Below, piece by piece: positions 59,342-64,000 of a stretch of 64,000 nucleotides of DNA. The notes below the pieces were generated by a model. It was not told the DNA's origin and did not search any database. It saw only the letters and a list, made by a program, of their open reading frames with translations. This stretch comes from an uncultured bacterium (lineage in GTDB: Bacteria > CSSED10-310 > CALFER01), in the NCBI GenBank assembly GCA_937951895.1, contig CALFER010000090.1, positions 25,648 to 89,647 on the forward strand. The letters run 5' to 3'. Every line of letters starts with the position of its first letter. Position 1 is the first letter of the stretch. The translations under genes were made by a program, and so were the position numbers.

Positions 59342-62300
59342 GAAATCTCACCCAATCGCGCGCTCAGATCCCGCGATATTCTCTCATCACGCAGATGCTC
59401 TTCTGCGAACCGGCATACCGTCTCCCGGACGGAGTCCTTACGCGGAGACAGGCTCAGGAGATTCAATTGACGCCATCCCTCGCTTTCAGGATCATCGGGG
59501 GTTACATCGAGAACGAACTTCAGATACGTCTCGGATCGATCGAATTCACCCGCGAGGTGGCTGGCCATGCCCAGATACCGCAGGATGCTGATATTGTACG
59601 GCCGTTCGCAAAGCGAACGCTCCAGATGATCGATCGCCTGTCGGTACTGCCCCAGATAATACCTGCAGATGCCGATTTGCGACTGTATGTCGGTAATCTC
59701 CGGCTCCCGTTCTGCGGCACGGATCAGATATGTCAAGGCTTCATCATACTTGTTCTGATGCATGCGAACAGCGCCGATGCCACGGAACAAACTCCCCGAT
59801 TCGACCCCCTCGGCGGCCGCTTCGAAGAAGCACTTTTCCGCTTTTTCGAAGTCTCCTTTCGCAAGAGCTGCGTTTCCCTGCACGACCTTGTAATCCGGGC
59901 TGTCGGCTGTGTATGCCTCCAGCACTCGATGCGAATCATCCGAAGTGTCGGCCGATGAATCGAACAGAATCTTCCAGCGCCTCGACAGGCGCAATGCATC
60001 CATGTACTCCAGACGCGCCCAACGAGCTCGAATCAATCGGCGCCTCCGCTCATCGATACCATCGATCCCATCATCCATCAGCCGGGATTCGAGGTTGGAC
60101 AGAATCGAATCCAACGGAACGCGAATCTCCTGCGTCTCACCAACTTGATAATCGAATTTCCCATATCGCTCCGTCAGGAATTGCCTCAATGTCGCACCAC
60201 GAATGACAAACTCCCCTGGTCTCAGCGTGAAACTCCTCAGAATGCCTGTCACAAGGCCGGGATCGTACTGAATCGATTCCGCTAAAAGATCCTCCACGTC
60301 TTTTTCCGGATCGAGCAACAGCATGGAAAAAACCAAATCGATATGAAAGAATCTACCCAGAAGCCCATGCGGATCCATCTTAAGAGCAGACTGAAAGGTA
60401 TCGACTCTTCGTTCCGCGTCCCGATCGATCCATGCCCGGATCGCTCGGTTTTCAAGCCAGTCCGGACGCACCTCCGAAGCAGCTCGAATGATCGAGGATG
60501 TCCGAGCGACGAGATCGCGATTCTGAAGACATCGGATACTTTCTTCGACGGATTGCCGATGCCAGGGCCGGTAAAATACCGCCTTTTCGTATGCACTGAA
60601 TGCCCAGACAGGATCTTCCGCAACCTTGCGGTCGCCACGGGCAAGCCAGTGCTCGCCAAGGGCCGGAAAACAGACCAAACCGACCAGCCCCGCAATACCC
60701 AGAAGCGGCACCACCGATTCATACCTCTTCCGATTCTTGATCCTGTCCCATGAACAACGGATCGGTATCCGCTCCATCGCCGGAAGGGGTTCAGCAAGGA
60801 ATCCAAACAGTACAACGACCAGCATGCAGACGGCCGGGTAATACAGGGTGAAATCGAACAGACACGAAACGAGAACAACCGCTAACGCACGACCCATGTA
60901 ACGTTTTCCGGAATCCGCCCCTTTCTGGTTACTTCTCATGCCTTCCCTCATCTCGTACAGAGCGACCACCAGGACGATCAACCCGACCATTCCGAACGTC
61001 CATGCCGTTTCGAGGATCAGATTATGAAAATGACGCCCCAGACGATCCCACTTGAGCCAACTGATGATAAACGCATGATCGCGAGACCAATAATCCGATA
61101 CATACGACGCCGCCAGCGAATGAGTCTGGAGACCGTGCCCCATGACCGGTGCATCTGCTGCACCCGCTATGGCGAGCCACCAGACATCGATCCGATCTCG
61201 AACCGCTGAAAGATCCGCCACGCGGTACCATGTAACCGCAACGACAATGATGAGCATCGCCATCCCTGCGGTGATCGTCAGCAGCATCCCCGGAGGAACC
61301 CGGTGTCGCGATGAGCAGTCCGTCCCCTCTGCGCCTTTACGATTCATCCCGACAATCGCAACGATGAGCAAACTCAACCAACTGGCCCGTGACGATGTCA
61401 GAACCAGCATGATCCCCGACAGAGAAATCCAGCCGAGTCGGATCCATCGATTGAATCGATCCGGACGCAGTGCCAAAGCAAGGAAACAGCATGACGCACA
61501 ATACACACCCAACGCATTGGGATGGTTATCCGTAATCCACAACTTGGAGGTCATTGCGGACCAGAGGGATCCCTTCTCGGCCAGCGTGTAGATCCGGTGA
61601 CAGGTCAGACAGAACAGGACGACGGTTTGATAGACCTGAAACCGCACGAAATCCTGAACCTCGATTTCGACCCACCGTTTCCGGAGCATGTACAGACTGA
61701 ACAAACATGCCAGAGCGATCAGCAGCATCGAGAATGTCGGGTAGAAAAAATCGGGTTGATGACCCCACTGAACGATTGCCACATTCGCACTGATGACCGA
61801 AAAGAGAAGTGCACTGAGGGGGTAAGTGCCGCGATTCGCCGCTCCGGTACCACCGCGAGATGCTCCGAAGAACACCTCGATCCAGATCGTCGACGCGCAA
61901 ATGAGTGGATAGGCGGCCGCCATGGGCTGTTTATCGATGCATTGCGTAAATGAAAACGACGTCATTCCATATAAAACCAGAAACCCGAACCGCCAGGGGA
62001 TCCAATCATCGCGTGATGCCACGAAGAGCATCACGAACAGGCTTGCCGACCAGATCGAGATGATGAACGGCAAGGCCCCCACAAACCCGGTCAGTTCCGG
62101 CTCGGGAGAAAACTTCGATGTGAAATAGAGATATGCAACCGCCTGCACGGCATATGTCCATCGGAATATGTATCGGGCGGGACGATGACGTTTGTACACA
62201 TCGACTGCGGCAACGGCACCGACTACGATTGTTCCGCTGATCAGCAACCCGGATCCGAACGAGGTAACAATTCCCAGATTCAGGGGGATCCATATTGAGA

Positions 62301-62418
62301 GAATGGTTGAAACACCGAGATACAGGACAGTTGACAGTCGTGCCGTCATACTGCGCACAATCTCATGCCACCCCCGCGAGATGCTCGCCAAGAACGTCAA
62401 ACAGTTCCATGAATTCAA
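59332..62418 (-). CDS. O-antigen ligase (Wzy_C)-like polytopic membrane protein with a large C-terminal TPR domain
   Basis: The large periplasmic loop has HFHNLILETAWTFGMVG, an O-antigen-ligase-type motif. More than 12 TM segments. C-terminal TPRs. Confidence 0.55.
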   Translation of the reverse strand: MNSWNCLTFLASISRGWHEIVRSMTARLSTVLYLGVSTILSIWIPLNLGIVTSFGSGLLISGTIVVGAVAAVDVYKRHRPARYIFRWTYAVQAVAYLYFTSKFSPEPELTGFVGALPFIISIWSASLFVMLFVASRDDWIPWRFGFLVLYGMTSFSFTQCIDKQPMAAAYPLICASTIWIEVFFGASRGGTGAANRGTYPLSALLFSVISANVAIVQWGHQPDFFYPTFSMLLIALACLFSLYMLRKRWVEIEVQDFVRFQVYQTVVLFCLTCHRIYTLAEKGSLWSAMTSKLWITDNHPNALGVYCASCCFLALALRPDRFNRWIRLGWISLSGIMLVLTSSRASWLSLLIVAIVGMNRKGAEGTDCSSRHRVPPGMLLTITAGMAMLIIVVAVTWYRVADLSAVRDRIDVWWLAIAGAADAPVMGHGLQTHSLAASYVSDYWSRDHAFIISWLKWDRLGRHFHNLILETAWTFGMVGLIVLVVALYEMREGMRSNQKGADSGKRYMGRALAVVLVSCLFDFTLYYPAVCMLVVVLFGFLAEPLPAMERIPIRCSWDRIKNRKRYESVVPLLGIAGLVGLVCFPALGEHWLARGDRKVAEDPVWAFSAYEKAVFYRPWHRQSVEESIRCLQNRDLVARTSSIIRAASEVRPDWLENRAIRAWIDRDAERRVDTFQSALKMDPHGLLGRFFHIDLVFSMLLLDPEKDVEDLLAESIQYDPGLVTGILRSFTLRPGEFVIRGATLRQFLTERYGKFDYQVGETQEIRVPLDSILSNLESRLMDDGIDGIDERRRRLIRARWARLEYMDALRLSRRWKILFDSSADTSDDSHRVLEAYTADSPDYKVVQGNAALAKGDFEKAEKCFFEAAAEGVESGSLFRGIGAVRMHQNKYDEALTYLIRAAEREPEITDIQSQIGICRYYLGQYRQAIDHLERSLCERPYNISILRYLGMASHLAGEFDRSETYLKFVLDVTPDDPESEGWRQLNLLSLSPRKDSVRETVCRFAEEHLRDERISRDLSARLGEISCP

Positions 62419-63370
62419 ATACTTCTGGTTCTTTTGAGATGCAGGACAGATATGCGATCAAGGGATCCATGTACGGTATGTACATCGGATTTGCCCGCAC
62501 GGTGGCCTGAAAGCCGAATGTGCCAAGTGCTTTGATGTTTCGCTGGATACAGGTCAGGTAGAAACATCTGCGGAACTGCTCGGGCGGCATATCCTTGCGC
62601 AGGGAGCCATGGTGAAACTGGTCGAGAAGACCGTTGACGACCGGCTCAGGCAGCGTGACATAAGCATCACGAAGCAAGGATGCCAGATCATACTCCGGCA
62701 ACCCCATACGGGCATCCTGAAAATCGATCAGGACGAGATCATCCGATCGGATCATGAGATTCCTGGAATGAAAATCCCGATGAACAAACACCTGAGGCTG
62801 GAGCGCAAGTTCCCGGGATATTCGTAGAAACCATGACGACAGACGAGCGAACATCGATGATTCAATCGGGACGCCGAGATATCCATGAAGAAAATGCCTG
62901 TTGAAGAATTCGAACTCCTCCATGAATTTGTCGGCATCGAATCGTCTGTGGAAGGCGGGACACTGCGGATCCAGTTGTTCGACTGTATCGCGCTGCATCC
63001 GCAGCATCAGTTCGACCGCACGCGGATAAAATTGGCCGATCGATGACGGCTGACTCCCGACACGGATCTGAAGGGTGGTATCCCCGAGATCTTCCAATAA
63101 CACCAGACCCCAATCCGGTGCAGCATTCATGATTTGCGGAACTGGCAGGTGGACAGAATCGAGCAGGTGTTGAATTGAAAAGAAAGGATCTGAAGCAGGA
63201 TCAAATGTCTGCCCGAGTTCCATAATGATGTACGAAGAATTCCCGACTCGCGCACGGTGATAGATGCGCGTGCTTGCATCACCCGCCAGTTTCGCGATAG
63301 TGTCCGCACTCCTGCCGATTGAATCGACCAGAAATCGATTCAAGTTTTCCCATGGGTGCAATGCGATCAT
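62363..63370 (-). CDS. Aminoglycoside-phosphotransferase-fold sugar kinase (AmgK-like anomeric MurNAc/GlcNAc kinase)
   Basis: APH-family motifs: IYHRARVG..., Brenner-like HRDFHSRNLMI, DFQDA. Confidence 0.55.
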   Translation of the reverse strand: MIALHPWENLNRFLVDSIGRSADTIAKLAGDASTRIYHRARVGNSSYIIMELGQTFDPASDPFFSIQHLLDSVHLPVPQIMNAAPDWGLVLLEDLGDTTLQIRVGSQPSSIGQFYPRAVELMLRMQRDTVEQLDPQCPAFHRRFDADKFMEEFEFFNRHFLHGYLGVPIESSMFARLSSWFLRISRELALQPQVFVHRDFHSRNLMIRSDDLVLIDFQDARMGLPEYDLASLLRDAYVTLPEPVVNGLLDQFHHGSLRKDMPPEQFRRCFYLTCIQRNIKALGTFGFQATVRANPMYIPYMDPLIAYLSCISKEPEVFEFMELFDVLGEHLAGVA

Positions 63371-63383
63371 CCGGTCTCCTGTA

Positions 63384-64000
63384 TCATGGTGTTATACCGA
63401 TTGTGATCGATTCGTCAGGTCCGAATACGATGGCGTTCTTCAGGTCGGCGCCGGCTGGAATCTCAATACCATCCCAGACGATGACATTTCGGAGATGCGC
63501 GCGGGAACCGATCACGCAATTTCGTCCCAGCGCCACGATTCCCTCGAACCGGGCATCCGGAGCGATCGTACAACCGTGGTCCCTGTGGATCCACCTGTCG
63601 TCCTGCCATACCGACACTTTTTCGGATCGAAACAGCTCACCTGACTCGACTTTAAAACCCAACCAGTCTCTATGAGCCTCGAAGTAGCGATCGGGAGTCC
63701 CCGCATCGTTCCAGTAGCCATCATGACAGAAAGCCAGTAACGAGTGACCGTTCCGTATCATTTCGGGGTAAACCGATTCGGTACTCGTCAGAAAGCGCCG
63801 GGAGCGGAGGTAGTCAAGATAACGGAATGAAACGATCTGAACTCCGGTGAACGTTCCACCCCATGAATATGAGCCTGATCGGATGCTGCTGTAGGGGAAG
63901 CGCGTGATTCGACCGGATTCATCCGCCCCGATCACGGGAAATCCCCGCTGGGATGAGCCGGGATGCAACGCCAAAGTAGCATCAGCACCCGTATCGCGAT
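63384..64000 (-). CDS. Sugar-1-phosphate nucleotidyltransferase (MurU/GlmU-like) with a C-terminal hexapeptide-repeat region. Partial: the N-terminus lies beyond the window end.
   Basis: GTPDRYFEAH is typical of NTP-transferases. The reading frame stays open to position 64000. The LbH-like C-terminus is ...VIGSRAHLRNVIVWDGIEIPAGADL. Confidence 0.5.
   Translation of the reverse strand, partial: RDTGADATLALHPGSSQRGFPVIGADESGRITRFPYSSIRSGSYSWGGTFTGVQIVSFRYLDYLRSRRFLTSTESVYPEMIRNGHSLLAFCHDGYWNDAGTPDRYFEAHRDWLGFKVESGELFRSEKVSVWQDDRWIHRDHGCTIAPDARFEGIVALGRNCVIGSRAHLRNVIVWDGIEIPAGADLKNAIVFGPDESITIGITP

Noticed and set aside
1-64000. CRISPR arrays, insertion sequences/transposases, integrases, phage genes, toxin-antitoxin pairs
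   Set aside because: I found no short regularly spaced direct repeats, no DDE/tyrosine-recombinase-like translations and no terminal inverted repeats. The window looks like core chromosome.

Overview
This is a high-GC (roughly 60%) bacterial chromosomal segment, densely packed, with many 1-8 bp start/stop overlaps indicating long operons. I found no rRNA, tRNA, CRISPR array or mobile element.

Main content, in order along the window:

(1) 358-11352: a tightly coupled operon of about 11 kb that looks like a fatty-acid/type-II-PKS-like lipid pathway. It encodes a HemN-like radical SAM enzyme, a B12-binding radical SAM enzyme, two paralogous roughly 750-800 aa proteins that are each a tandem ketosynthase/CLF-like didomain fusion, an ACP, a GcvT-fold folate-binding protein, a hotdog thioesterase, FabG-like ketoreductase and FabD-like malonyl transacylase. 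This is the most unusual system in the window and I could not map it to a characterised pathway.

(2) A secreted protein, SsnA-family aminohydrolase, EamA transporter, metallophosphoesterase, and a minus-strand operon of fadD-like ligase, GT-C glycosyltransferase, lepB, Zn-ADH and cca.

(3) glgP, then an OlsF-like bifunctional (O- plus N-) acyltransferase.

(4) A ygeY-ygeW-hyuA block with a convergent XdhC-family gene. Together with the ssnA homolog, this is the signature of the still poorly understood E. coli ygf/yge (purine/carbamate-type) catabolic locus.

(5) 33275-41014: a nine-gene co-directional envelope-type operon. It encodes a large unknown protein, TlpA-like redoxin, beta-barrel OMP, unknown protein, SPL-family radical SAM enzyme, ECF sigma factor, anti-sigma factor and an LTXXQ periplasmic protein.

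(6) A minus-strand housekeeping operon def-fmt-PASTA-rpe-purH-purD-purE, then family-4 UDG, HEAT-repeat proteins, a response regulator and ppdK.

(7) A secreted FN3-repeat protein, two large TPR-fused membrane enzymes (DUF2723-like glycosyltransferase and O-antigen-ligase-like), and an AmgK/MurU-like pair that runs off the window.

All functional calls come from reading the supplied translations for motifs and family resemblance. No database search was run.
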